Below are positions 51,925 through 64,000 of a stretch of 64,000 nt of DNA, piece by piece. Position numbers and translations under genes: made by a program. Origin of the DNA: Octopus sinensis (taxonomy: Eukaryota); NCBI RefSeq assembly GCF_006345805.1, contig NC_043000.1:139066001-139130000 (forward strand). Reading direction: 5' to 3'. Numbering within the stretch: position 1 is the stretch's first letter; the number at the start of each line of letters is the position of its first letter. The notes beneath the pieces were generated by a model. It worked only from the letters and a program-made list of their open reading frames with translations, was not told the origin of the DNA and made no database searches.

Positions 51925-52378
51925 ATCATCATCATTATCATCATCATCATCGTTTAACGTCCACTTTCCATGCTAGCATGGGTTGGAGGATTTTGACTGC
52001 CGGCTGGCGAACCAAATGGCTGCACTAGGCTCCAATCTTGATCTGGTAGAGTTTCTACAGCTGGATGCTCTTCCTAACACCAACCACTCCAAGAGTGTAG
52101 TGGATGCTTTTTACGTGCCACTGGCACAGGGGTCAGTCAGGCAGTACTGGCAATGACCTCATTCGAATCTTTTTACACATGCCACCGGCACAGGTGCCAG
52201 TAAGGTGACGCTGGTAACGATCACGCTCCAATGGTGCCCTTTTACGTGCCACCGGCACAGAAGCCAGTTGGCCGCTCTGGCAACGTTCATGCTCGGATGG
52301 TACTCTTGGCACCCTACTAGCACGGGCACAAGTGCCAGTAAGGTGCCGCTGGTAACGATCACACTCGAATGGTGCCTT
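51925..52378 (-). mobile_element. RTE 3'-UTR repeat (family C)
   Basis: (CAT)n, terminal block and modules. Confidence 0.85.
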
Positions 52379-52871
52379 TTCCTAAAGAATTAAAAGAATT
52401 AAAGATAAATATGAACAAACTTTTGCTTCTTGCAAAAATGAGGACTCTGAGTTGCACTGCAATAAATAACAGCTTCTTCCAAATTTATTACATACTCTTC
52501 TCATTATCATTGCCAAATTTATGGTTTAGTTTGTTAAATTAATAAGTTGCATACATTAATATGTTAAACTGTAAAGAAACTACAGACCAGTATTAGGTGG
52601 TAAAATTAGTTACAGTGAACTATTGTTTAAACTAATATTTATTTGATTTTAATTACATAGCAATGAAATACTTTAAATGTTCATAGAAATACAGGACCAG
52701 CAATAAAATAATAGTAATTATCTTTGATGGTTTCAGTTAGGAAAATCGTGATTATACAGTTTAGAAAGAACACATCAAATCATAATTACTCCCAATGAAT
52801 AGTTGAACACACCTAAGATGAATGTTATTTCTCTTCAATATTTCTTCATATAAATGAAGCAAAATATATTA

Positions 52872-53565
52872 ATACTCTTTTACTCTTTTACTTGTTTCAG
52901 TCATTTGATTGTGGCCATGCTGGAGCCCTGCCTTTTAGTTGAGCAAATCAACCCCAGAACTTATTCTTTGAAAGCCTAGTACTTCTTCTATCGGTCTCTT
53001 TTGCTGAGCCGCTAAGTTACAGGGACGTAAATACACCAGCATCGTGTCCCCCACAACATCAAGTGATGTTGGGGGGGGGGGGGGCAAACACAGACACACA
53101 AACATATATACACAAACATATACACACATATACATATATATATATATATATACATATATCTTCTGGGTGGTCTTTTCCGCTCGCGCGGGTAACACTCGGC
53201 AACTGCGTGGGTCCACCGATTATCGGTGAATCCGGAACACCTCCACAACGGTGGAGTTATGATTTCAGGAGGACAATTGGGATCATGTGGATGAGAAAGG
53301 TGCGATCCAGAGAGGAGTGGACAGCATGCTGTGACCAGTGGTGTCAAATGGACGCCTGACGGAGTGGTCGGTAAAGGTGATCAAGGTGATATACATATAT
53401 ACGACAGGCTTCTTTCAGTTTCTGTCTACCAAATCCACTCACAAGGCTTTGGTTGGCCCAAGGCTATAGTAGAAGACACTTGCCCAAGGTGCCACACAAT
53501 AGGACTGAACCCAGAACCATATGGTTCGTAAGCAAGCTACTTAGCACACAGCCACTCCTATGCCT
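52872..53565 (-). mobile_element. SINE family A containing a nested RTE insertion
   Basis: Family A halves flank 53160-53390. Confidence 0.88.
53160..53390 (+). mobile_element. RTE 3' end with a 5' inversion
   Basis: 53160-53236 is the inverted homologue of the sequence upstream of the gaag|acct point in the 35857 copy; 53239-53390 is in direct orientation. Confidence 0.85.
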
Positions 53566-53968
53566 ATTCTTTATTAAAACTCCATTTCTTTCAAAATACT
53601 TTACATTTTATATTTGCCAGGACAGAAGGATAACTTTTTGTTAAGTCAAACTTGTTTGAAAGGAGTTCAGTTATAATTTTAACAAATAATTTCTTTCACT
53701 TGCCCTCTCCAACAACAAAAATATAGCTAAACTGTTTGATGAAGAAGCCAATGTGGCAGTGGATCACTAGTTCAGCCTTGCAAAAGTTAACTAGAATTAA
53801 AAGCATTGTTTGCACATCTAAATTGAAGAATTTTAGAAGTATCCGGATTTTTGAACCGAATAGCTTGTCAACAGTAATGCATCGTCAAAAAGGAATTGTG
53901 ATTTCAATATATATTTTGTATTTATCATTTGATTGATCTATGAGTACCCACGAATCTATTTGATTTAA

Positions 53969-54188
53969 CCCTTAAGCATTCAAACCAGCCATATCCAGCC
54001 AAAATATTTAACCTGTTTTATATTGAAACTGACCAGATCTCGCCTCTCACCTCAGCTCTACCATGTCATTCTAAAACGAAAAAATCACATCACTGAAATC
54101 TCTAAACTACAAGATAATGCATGATTAATTCAAACCATTTTAAATAAACAAACATCACATTTGACAGAATAATCTGAACACTAAAGGG
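53969..54188. mobile_element. piggyBac-type MITE (second family)
   Basis: TTAA|CCCTTAAGCATT ... CACTAAAGGG|TTAA. Confidence 0.8.
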
Positions 54189-54744
54189 TTAAAAGAAAAT
54201 TCTGTTTTGAAAGCAATTCAAAAATAGTTGGATTGGTTTGAATAGTAAATATTGACGATTGGACAATTGAATGCACTGTGTTGTCATTATAAACAAGACA
54301 ATCTATCTTGAGTATGACAATATGAGCTTTAGAGTGGCCCTTAGCAATAGGTAATTTTTCGAAAGTTACAACTTTGCTGCTCCCATCCACTAATCCTGTT
54401 CCAATAAACAAAACAACAGGGCGTGCAAAATTTCAGCTTAATCGTACAACTTGTAGGTGACCCTCAAATGCCTTTAAGTTGGAATATAGTACATACAACT
54501 ACTAATTCTGTTCAAAAGTGATATACAGTTCCCTTTCTCGACCATTTTCTTTTTTCTTCTTAGAGAAATTTATGTGGACACATTTTTTTTTTGTTAATTG
54601 GAACAAGATAGGGGGGTGGGAGCTAAACTTTTAGAAAGTTGAAAAATAAGGGCCACTCTTATGAACTTGCATAAGGGACACCAGGCACTTGAAATATTGT
54701 CAGTTTTAGGTGATGCATTGTTTTCTTAAAAAAAAGACAATCTA

Positions 54745-55167
54745 TCGCAGGAGTGGCTGTGTGGTAAGTAGCTTGCTAACCAACCACATGGTTCCGGGTT
54801 CAGTCCCACTGCATGGCATCTTGGGCAAGTGTCTTCTGCTATAGCCCCGGGCCGACTAATGCCTTGTGAGTGGATTTGGTAGACGGAAACTGAAAGAAGC
54901 CTGTCATATATATGTACATATATATATGTATGTATGTGTGTGTATATGTTTGTGTGTCTGTGTTTGTCCCCCTAGCATTGCTCGACAACTGATGCTGGTA
55001 TGTTTACGTCCCCGTCACTTAGCGGTTCGGCAAAAGAGACCGATAGAATAAGTATTGGGCTTACAAAGAATAAGTCCTGGGGTCGATTTGCTCGACTAAA
55101 GGCGATGCTCCAGCATGGCCGCAGTCAAATGACTGAAACAAGTAAAAGAGTAAAACAGTAAAGAGTA
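54745..55167 (+). mobile_element. SINE family A
   Basis: Family A pattern. Confidence 0.9.
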
Positions 55168-55752
55168 TCTCAAGCGAGATAACCAGTTCTTCTTTATGAA
55201 GGATCGAATGTTTGATATCAGTAATGGGAACAAACCAAAATGAATGTTTAAAAGATTGTTGTTAACTTTACATTTGCTTTAGATAAGAATTTGTTTACTC
55301 CTTAATAGAATACTGAAATTGGTAATGATAAGATCACAAAAATGATCATTTTAATTTTCATTTAAATAATCAATCGATTAAAGGTAGATTGATTTTATCT
55401 ATTTTAATCATTTGCACTAAACTAACTTCTTAATAAAGGAAACTATCTTTCCAGGTTATGCTGAAAGGAAAGAAGCTATATAAAAATTGATTACTATGTT
55501 CTTAATACAAAAGTACAGATACAAAAATGCTGTGAATCTCTGGTTTACTGCCAGAGAACTATCAATTCAATTGTACAAGACTAACTAGCTGTGATATCAC
55601 CTATTATACCCCCTCAGATGGTGTCATAGGAAGAACCAAGGTGATATAATTAGTACTGGAAATAAGCTAACAGAAAAATAACAGATATAAAAATTTCATT
55701 GACATTTTACTTCTGTTGACTGCAAAAAGTTGTAATGATTAAAGATAAATGG

Positions 55753-56117
55753 TTTACTCTTTTACTTGTTTCAGTCATCTGACTACAGCGATGCTGGAGC
55801 ACCGCCTTTAGTCGAGCAAATCGACCCCAGGACTTATTCTTTGTAAGCCTAGTACTTATTCTATCGGTCTCTTTTGCCAAACCGCAAATTTATGGGGATG
55901 TAAATACACCACCATCGGTTGTTAAGTGATGCTGGAGGACAAACAGACACACAAACATATACACACACATACTTATATATATATATATATATATATACAT
56001 ATATACATTAAATACATATATACGATGGGCTTCTTTCAGTTTTCATCTACCAAATCCACTCACAAGGCTTTGGTCGGCCCGAGGATATAGTAAAAGACAC
56101 TTGCTCAAGGTGCCAAA
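55753..56117 (-). mobile_element. SINE family A lacking its head
   Basis: Family A pattern. Confidence 0.85.
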
Positions 56118-56557
56118 TATTATTCAAGGTTTGAATAATATTTGACAGTAGGATATTCAACTTGGATGTGAATTTGAGTACTAGTGGGATGAGAAGATGG
56201 CTTAAGAATAAAAGTATCATTTGATGTATGCAGAGTAATTGATATGAGCATGTGAATTTAAATAGCAGTAGCTGGAATAAAATGATGTTTAATATCTTGG
56301 TTGTGGAAAGGTATATATTGCTGAGGAAGAGTCCATACAAAATGAGCAGTGCTGAGGATTAGTCACAGGATATTGGACTTCACAAATGGAATGAGACAAG
56401 ATTAAGTGGAAAGACAACATGCTATAAAAAAATATGAAACACTGATGAGTTTTGTATAGGTTGAAGTAAGAGTGATTCCAGTATATTCATATTGCAAGAA
56501 TTTGTGTTTTGCTTCAAGCCTGCAATCTCTTTCTTTTTGCTAATATTTTCCTGTTAA

Positions 56558-56778
56558 CCCTTCTGTTACTGTATTTATTTTGAGATGCTCTGTGTTGCTT
56601 TCAATTACTTTAAATATAACAAAGAATTTCGTAAAATAACTTAGTTATCATTCAGCTAGTGCTAGGAACATAAATTGTGACTAACGTTTGGTGGAAGATT
56701 TTAATTCAAACCTTATGGAAACAAGACATTTGTACTACAGAGCCAGAGCCGGTTTCAGTCGGGTTGGTAACAAAAGGG
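56558..56778. mobile_element. piggyBac-type MITE, complete
   Basis: TTAA|CCCTTCTGTTAC ... GTAACAAAAGGG|TTAA. Confidence 0.85.
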
Positions 56779-58140
56779 TTAAACAACTGATTTTTACTTT
56801 TCAGAGTCGTACACCCACTTCCAATAAATATGATGTGAAGGTAGAAATAGTGTCAGATTTGGTGACGGGTATAATCAATGCGATGGGAATAATCATAACA
56901 ATGGACTTAGTAGTAAAACTGGAATTTGCAAGTGAGTTGACATTAGGGAAAAGATGAACATTTAGATGATGATATAATAAAGATAGCAACAGAAGAAATT
57001 GACAATGATGGTAGCAGGGGTGGAAGTGATGCAAATAAGAGCAAAGACAATATTGACAGTTATGGTAATTGTGGTACTGGAGGTAGTTCTAACCGAAATG
57101 ATGATGTTGATATTGATGGTAATAATGATGATGATGGAGATAATTATAGTAATGATAATGTGATTGAGTTGATGATAATAAAGTGATGAAGAGGGATGTT
57201 GGTGGTGATAATGATTTCAAACCTGTAATCATCTAATGCTGTTATTTCTCATATCTGTGAATAGAATAACACCTCCCTATTATTGCCATCATGATTAGAC
57301 CAACATCGTCACCTCTTACCTTATGGAAAAAGCAGCCACGTATGTTATATTTCCCATCAAAATAATGAAAGGCATTTAATAAAAGGCATAGTTGATCAGT
57401 GAGAACTCTCACTCCTTATAGTTACCTTTGCACTGAATGCTACCTTGCAGAATCAGGAATTCTTTATTAGAATATCTGTAAAGTTAAACAATATACATCG
57501 TGAAGCAGAAGTAGTAAAATATGTGAATGATTTAAAAAGCTGTAAATCTTTGTATGATGCCATAAAGAGTGAAAGGAAGTGTGAAATAGAGAAAAAAAGG
57601 ACAATCTTTTAGCTTTTGCTACAATCTGATTGGCTAGAAGCTGAGACAGTGTCATCTTAATTGAATGTTACAAATTAGTTTAGAGTTTTAAAGAAATCTA
57701 AGGCCATGATGTATTGTTCAATTTAACACACTTTTAATGCTTTTGTAACAATAAATCTTATGAAATAAACTGCCTACGCATTTCAGTATTGAAAATTCAA
57801 GAATTTAGAAGGATTCAGAAAAATAATCAATTTCGTCATCATCAAATAATTAGAATATAACTTAACAAAACATTCTAATATGAAATTAAAACTGAAAATC
57901 TTAACTTGAAAATGAACATTATAAGGTTAGTAGTTTTGTATCATGGAACAGAAAGTGATCAGAGACAAATTGTTATCAAAATGGTTAAACCCACTTATGA
58001 TCTCTAGCCTTGGTTAGAGGCTAGAAATCATAAAGCCATTAAATGAAACTACTGATGCCAGCTAAATGTTGTTTGTCATTTTACTGTTCTTTATATATGT
58101 ATTTAATCTGTGAGGTGAACTGCATTCATGAATTGTAGAT

Positions 58141-58282
58141 AGGTCAACTTTGCTTTTCAGCCTTTTGGGGTCAATAAATTAAGTACCAGTTACGCACTGG
58201 GGTCAATGTAATCAACTTAATCCCTTTGTCTGTCCTTGTTTGTCCCCTCTGTGTTTAGCCCCTTGTGGGCAATAAAGAAATA
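58141..58282 (+). mobile_element. SINE family B, 3' half
   Basis: Family B pattern. Confidence 0.8.
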
Positions 58283-58466
58283 AGATATGTACAGCTAGTA
58301 TCAAAAGCCAGCAAGTATACTTGATATTCAGTTTAGAAAATATAATCAGCTAAGGGAAGTAATTGAAGTGGACAGATGGCATGGATTTAGATAAATCATT
58401 TAAGGTGATATACTGAATAATGTACTCAAATTTTGAATTAAATGAAATGTATTTATTAGCTTGTAA

Positions 58467-58871
58467 TCTATATATATAAAACTGAAGTTGTATGGTGTCT
58501 GTCTCCTACGATTTAGATTCCTAACTACTCCCACATTTTGTGGTGCAGTTTAACCAAAAGCGGGTATCTTATAGTCGTGATTCATATCGAGCCCTTCTGG
58601 GTATTAGCGCGTGTCTACGATGAGTCTACGATTTTCAAAAAATTTACCATCATTTTTTTCCATTTTTAATGCATTTTTTTTTGCTATTATATAAGGGAAG
58701 TAACTCTCTAAAAATGTCTACGATGAGTCTACGATTTTCAAAAAATTTACCATAATTTTTTTTCCATTTTTAATGCATATTTTTGCTATTATATAAGGGA
58801 AGTAACTCTCTAAAAATGCTTATATAGTTATTTCCCTTACAAACCCGAGCAACGCCGGGCGATACTGCTAG
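58467..58871 (+). mobile_element. Non-autonomous Helitron with an internal 103-bp tandem duplication
   Basis: A|TC start, CCCGAGCAACGCCGGG hairpin, CTAG|T end, no TSD; duplicated units at 58612 and 58715. Confidence 0.88.
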
Positions 58872-59154
58872 TATAAAATAAACTAGTGATAATTGTTGGT
58901 TGCTTTCAAAAAAAAAGGGGAGATAATCGTACAGAGACAAATATTGTTTCTCTGAAAGAATTTTATGCAAAAGAAATATCTAATTTATTATCTTGTAAAG
59001 GTTAATACAATTTTTTTTAAAGATTAAATATTCTTATTAATCATTATTAAAAGACATGTTATCTCATGGAACCTTTCATTTTTAGTACAGATCTCTGAAG
59101 TCTCTCTGAAGAAATACTGCTAGAATGGAACATGAAATAATCATTTAAGGTTAC

Positions 59155-59331
59155 CCACTACACTCTCAGAGTGGTTGGCATTAGGAAGGGCATCCAGCTG
59201 TAGAAACACTGCCAGATCAAGATTGGAGCCTGGTGCAGCCTCCTGGCTTGCCAGTCCTCAGTCAAACCGTTCAACCCATGCCAGCATGGAAAACAGACGT
59301 TAAACAATGATGATAATGATGATGATGATGG

Positions 59332-59373
<42 letters not shown>
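59155..59373 (+). mobile_element. RTE 3'-UTR repeat (family C), terminal block
   Basis: cccactacactctcagagtgg..(gat)n. Confidence 0.85.
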
Positions 59374-59374
<1 letters not shown>

Positions 59375-59756
59375 ACTTAAATAGATAAACCAAAAAATAT
59401 ATAAATATCCATACACATCCAGCTGCAACTAACAATGCTGTCTATATATCATCTTTCATAGTATGCTTCAAAAGTAAATAAGTCCTGCGGTCATGAGCTC
59501 ACAAAATAATTATATAAAAACATGTTTTGTCTCTTAGACTAATTATCAGATAAAAGAGATCCTGTAAGGATTCTATGCTGAAATTACAATTATTCTATAC
59601 ATATACACACATATTTATTCTTTCCTGGATATAGCATTAGGCAAGAATTTATGAAAATCATTTTGTCTTCATGTACTGCCTTCTTACACATTTTGATAAG
59701 GAAATTCAGCATTTACAATAATTCCTTTCCATTAAAGCAGACATTCCTATACAGTT

Positions 59757-59944
59757 CATCATCATCATCATCATTTAGCATCCGCTTTCCATGCTAGCAT
59801 GGGTTGGACGGTTCAACTGGGGTCTGTGAAGCCAGAAGGCTGCAGCAGGCCCAGTCTGATCTGGCAGTGTTTCTACGGCTGGATGCCCTTCCTAACACCA
59901 ACCACTCCGTGAGTGTAGTGGGTGCTTTTTATGTGCCACCCGCA
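59757..59944 (-). mobile_element. RTE 3'-UTR repeat (family C), terminal block
   Basis: Reverse-complement terminal block. Confidence 0.85.
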
Positions 59945-59960
59945 TGTATGAATATATGAA

Positions 59961-60175
59961 TTTTTTTTTTCTACTCTAGGCATAAGGCCTGAAATTTGGG
60001 GGAGGGGACCAGTTGGTTAGATCGACCCCAATACACAACTGGTACTTAATTTATTGATTCCAAAAGGATGAAAGGCAAAGTTGACCTCGGTGAATTTGAA
60101 CTCAGAACAAGAAGACAGACGAAATAACACTCAGCATTTTGCCTGGCATGCTAACGTTTCTGCCAGCTAGCCACC
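59961..60175 (-). mobile_element. SINE family B (diverged)
   Basis: Family B pattern. Confidence 0.75.
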
Positions 60176-60189
60176 TTCATTTATATACG

Positions 60190-60620
60190 GATATTATCAT
60201 TGTCAGCATGTGGCAAGGCCGCACTGGCGTCGGCCACAACTACAATTTCCATTTTGATTTCATTGAGATTCTGATTTTGATTTTGATTTTACTTCACTCA
60301 ATAGGTCCCCTCAAGCATGACAGTTCACCCAATGACTCAAAGGTACTTTTTAAATGGGCAGGTTATGGGACACTGGTATAGGCTATGGCTGTGATCTCAC
60401 TTTACAGCATATCTCCAGAGGTCTTGGTCTTTTGTCATTGCCTCTATGAGGCCCAACATTCGATGGTCATGCTTCACCACCTCATCCCATGTCTTCCTGG
60501 ATCTACTTTTTCCATAGGTTCCTTCCACTGTTAGGGAGTTACACTTCTTCACACAGCTCTCTCTCATCCATATGCAGCACATGACTATACCAGCAGAGTC
60601 GTTTCTCTTGCACACCACAT
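60190..60620 (-). mobile_element. RTE ORF end contiguous with the start of family C 3' UTR
   Basis: CVKKCNSLTVEG..RKTWDEVVKHD..LWRYAV runs into cccatttaaaa, cctattgagt and atggaaattgtagttgtg, blocks shared with the copies at 29080 and 62480. Confidence 0.7.
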
Positions 60621-60950
60621 CAATACATAACTGGTCTATATATTGTATGGGGTTACCCATCTACCGTCTTCAGGCTGCTCTTTCACACACCCAGGTCAAT
60701 GACAGCAACTCAGCTCTTACATCCCTCATCCAAAACCAAACATATTGAGTTACCTGTCCTCTCACCTACTAATCCCACAACTCTGTTCCTCCACCATACT
60801 CTCCTTCACCCTTTCTGCTGCCTACAGTCTGATACCACCCTTTGTTTCTTCTCTTTCTCACCCATTCCCTCCTATAAGCATGCCTGTATCCTATGTAGCC
60901 TCCTCCTAAACAGTTCCACTTTCCCAATGCTCTGTTCTCCCTGCAGCTCT

Positions 60951-61415
60951 CATCATCATTGTTCGACCGTGGTCAAGACAATGGAATTTACCATGCTACG
61001 CCAGACTTCATGGTCCATCATGGCATTACGGAGGTCCTGTTGCTGGATGCCTGTATCCCTGGAGATTACATCAGGGTAGGAGAGTGTGCGCCCTCTGGTA
61101 TTGCAAATAGATGGCTTCCAGAGGAGAAGAGTAGAAATTACCTCTTTTTCAGCTCTACAACAATGTCGAGCAAACTGGACTCTCCTACCTTTCACAAGAG
61201 ATGACACAGGTGGTGCATTTTGGTTGGATGGCGCTTCCACAAGAGATTTTGAGCTCTCATAAGGAGGCGAGTGTAGGTTCCATCCAACCTCCTCTGAAGC
61301 TTATTTGATAACGTCCAGGTTTCTGAGCCATATAGTAGAATTGGTTCGACTGTGGCTTTGAAGATTTCAAGTTTGAAGTCTCTACTTAGATTTGATGACC
61401 AGATCTTATGCATGT
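60951..61415 (-). mobile_element. RTE/RTEX-type LINE 3' fragment
   Basis: Sister of 49156-49665 with a small internal deletion. Confidence 0.85.
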
Positions 61416-61980
61416 CTGCAGCTCTACTCTGCTTCTATTTTCTTTTTCAAACCTACTTTTGACATTTTTCATGTTTATAGATAAGTAAATTATGTATTCT
61501 AAATTTAACAACTGAACAGATGAATATGCAAAGCACTTTCTGATGGTTTTTCCAGCAACCAATAAAATATTGTGATCTGTTTATGAATATGTTTGCTATG
61601 TATTGTCATAATTGAATAATTGGCAACATAAATCTGATATTTGTAGTACAATAAGCCTCAGGTTGGAATAAATTATACACACACTTTAATATTAATATAG
61701 AAGTTCTTTTGTTTCTAATCACAAATGTAGGTGGATACATATATATGATGGTCTCTCTTGTCAATTTTGTTATAAGCACATCTAGTCGTTAAATCAAGTA
61801 AATAACCCAATCATTGAATTAAAAGTTTAAAGTGGTTGAGTGTGTTCTACAGTCATGACATAAGTACCCATGATATATCTAAAAACATCATAACACAGTA
61901 TGACATAGGTGGATCATAAATTATTGGACCATGGATTTCAAACTACCAAATGGGCATCTACGATAACGATAAATGTCTCC

Positions 61981-62275
61981 CTTCTCAAGCCTAGCCAGGT
62001 TCATGTGCCCGGTTACCCAGTTTCTGTGGCGTATGTGTTCCCTCCAGCTGGACGGGACGCCAGTCCATCGCAGCATTACTCAAGAAACCGGAAGAGAGAA
62101 TGAGAGAAAGTTGTGGTGAAAGAGTACAACAGGGGTCGCCCCACCCTGCCGGAGCCTCGTGGTGCTTTAGGTGTTTTTGCTCAATAAACACACACAACGC
62201 CCGGTCTGGGAATTGAAACTGCGATCCTCTGACTGTGAGTCCGCTGCCCAAACCACTTGGCCATTGCGCCTCCAC
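61981..62275 (-). mobile_element. V-domain-like SINE, full length
   Basis: Inverted homologue of 38085-38385. Confidence 0.8.
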
Positions 62276-62479
62276 AATGGGCATCTACACAGTCTCCATA
62301 TTCAATCACAAGGCTTGGATCTATCAATGCCTAGGATGCTATGTCATGAGATCTATACAAATTTAGAATTATACTTATATATAAAGATTAAAAATGAAGC
62401 AGTTAATTACAGTCCAATTAGTGTGATATATTCAAAATTTTATGGATAATTTTGAACAAATGAAGTGAGTTAATAGCTC

Positions 62480-63093
62480 GCAGAATGGCCTGCTGTGTTA
62501 ACCTTGGATCGTAGGATGACCTGCTGTGCTTGAGGAGACCTATTGAGTCAAATACATCAACACCAAAATAAAAATCAAACGGAAATTGTAGTTGTGATAC
62601 CTGTGCCGGTGGCATGTAAAAAGCACCATCCGAACGTGGCTGGTGCCAGTGCCACCTTGACTGGCTTCTGTGCCAGTGGCACATGACCTGCTGTGCTTGA
62701 GGAGACCTATTGAGTCAAGTACATCAACATCAAAATAAATAACAAATGGAAATTGTAGTTGTGATACCCTTGCCAGTGGCACGTAAAAAGCATCATCCGA
62801 ATGTGACCAATGCAAGCACCGCCTGACTGGCATCTGTGTCGGTGACATGTAAAATGCACCAACCAATTGCGGCCATTTGCCAGCCCCCTCTGGCCCTGTG
62901 CTGGTGGCATGTAAAAAGCATCCACTACACTCACAGAGTGGTTAGCGTTAGGAAGGGCATCCAGCTGTAGAAACACTGCCAGATCAGACTGGAGCCTGGC
63001 ACAGCCTCCTGGCTTCCCAGACCCCGGTCAAACCATCCAACCCATGATAGCATGGAAAAACGGACGTTAAATGATGATGATTATGACGATGAT
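62480..63093 (+). mobile_element. Long RTE 3'-UTR repeat (family C) with a 167-bp internal tandem duplication
   Basis: atgacctgctgtgcttgaggagacc at 62516 and 62683; terminal block and TGA tail. Confidence 0.85.
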
Positions 63094-63289
63094 GACTTGA
63101 GTCAACTTTTGTGGGGCTAATACAGAGTTAGTAAATTTTTACATAGGATCCTGAAATAAGAAATATGGTTGTTCAGGTGTAAAGAGGCTCAATCATATTC
63201 TGAATATTGAGCTTGGAATTAATCTATTGATTTTATAAATTAACCTTGCTCACTGTGTTTCAATCAGATTTCCACTAGGTGTTTGTAAA

Positions 63290-63915
63290 TCAAGATCAAT
63301 AATGAAGAGATCGAAATGGTTGATGATTTCATCTTCCTTGGCTCAAAATAAATCGAGATGATAACTGCACTCCAGAAATAAGGTGGCGGATAATACTAGG
63401 CAGAGAGGTAATGGTCAGCATGAGCAAGGTGTGGAAGAGTAGAGACATTAGACTCGCTACCAAATGCAGATTGATAAATGCAACTGTCTTCCCAATAGCA
63501 ACATATGGATGCAAGACCTGGACACTAAAGAAAGCTGACCAGAAGAGAATTAATGCATTCGAGCTTTGGTGTTGTAGAAAACTTTTACGGATTCCATGGA
63601 CAGCGAGGTTCACCAATGGAGAAGTTCTTAACCAGATCAAGCCGAAACAGTCGCTAGAAGCTAAGATCACCAAGCATAGATTGGCATATTTCGGTCATAT
63701 TATGCAGAGTAAATCCCTGGAGAAGGACATCAAGCTCGGAATGGTCAGTGGCAAGAGAGGAAGAGGCCGACCAAGAACCCGCTGGCATGACACCATGAAG
63801 AGTGACACAGGAATGGACATAGACAATCTGAAAGAAGTATCCCAGGATAGAACTGGCTGGAGGACACTGATCCATCAAGTAACTGAGAGTCGACTTCGAC
63901 TGAGTGGATAGATAG
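63290..63915 (+). mobile_element. RTE (BovB-like) LINE 3' fragment
   Basis: ATVFPIATYGCKTWTLKKAD..FELWCCRKLLRIPWTAR..YFGHIM..GKRGRGRPRTRW. Confidence 0.9.
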
Positions 63916-64000
63916 TTTGTGACAGAGATGAAACTAATCGAAGGTACAATGTGTTTCTACTTAATGTAACTTCTTGTTTTATTGAGGAGCAGCACATATC

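Overview
AT-rich, microsatellite-dense metazoan DNA, most likely intronic or intergenic octopus (cephalopod) genome. This is inferred from the tRNA-derived SINE families, R4/RTE/CR1 LINEs and repeat density; no database was searched. No intact protein-coding gene can be supported: nearly every ORF in the track is microsatellite, SINE or decayed LINE sequence, and only a few speculative micro-exons remain. Retroelements: one near-full-length decayed R4/Dong-like RLE LINE and two truncated relatives, all in (TAA)n tracts; about 16 copies of a CORE-like SINE plus V-domain-like and Meta-like SINEs; RTE and CR1 3' fragments, including a modular RTE 3' UTR repeat and one 5'-inverted insertion. DNA elements: two mariner relics, piggyBac-type MITEs, non-autonomous Helitrons and a young 1.9-kb foldback element with 620-bp TIRs and an 8-bp TSD. 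The most notable signal is five distinct Penelope-like, microsatellite-embedded repeats that each fold into a minimal type I hammerhead topology (stem I, core, stem II, GAAA, palindromic stem III, NUH). Their cores are non-canonical (CUGUCGA, CCGACGA, UUGACAA, UUGAACA, UUGUCGA), and one shows a U3-A8 covariation of the C3-G8 tertiary pair. Coordinates of decayed repeats are approximate (about +/-10-20 bp).
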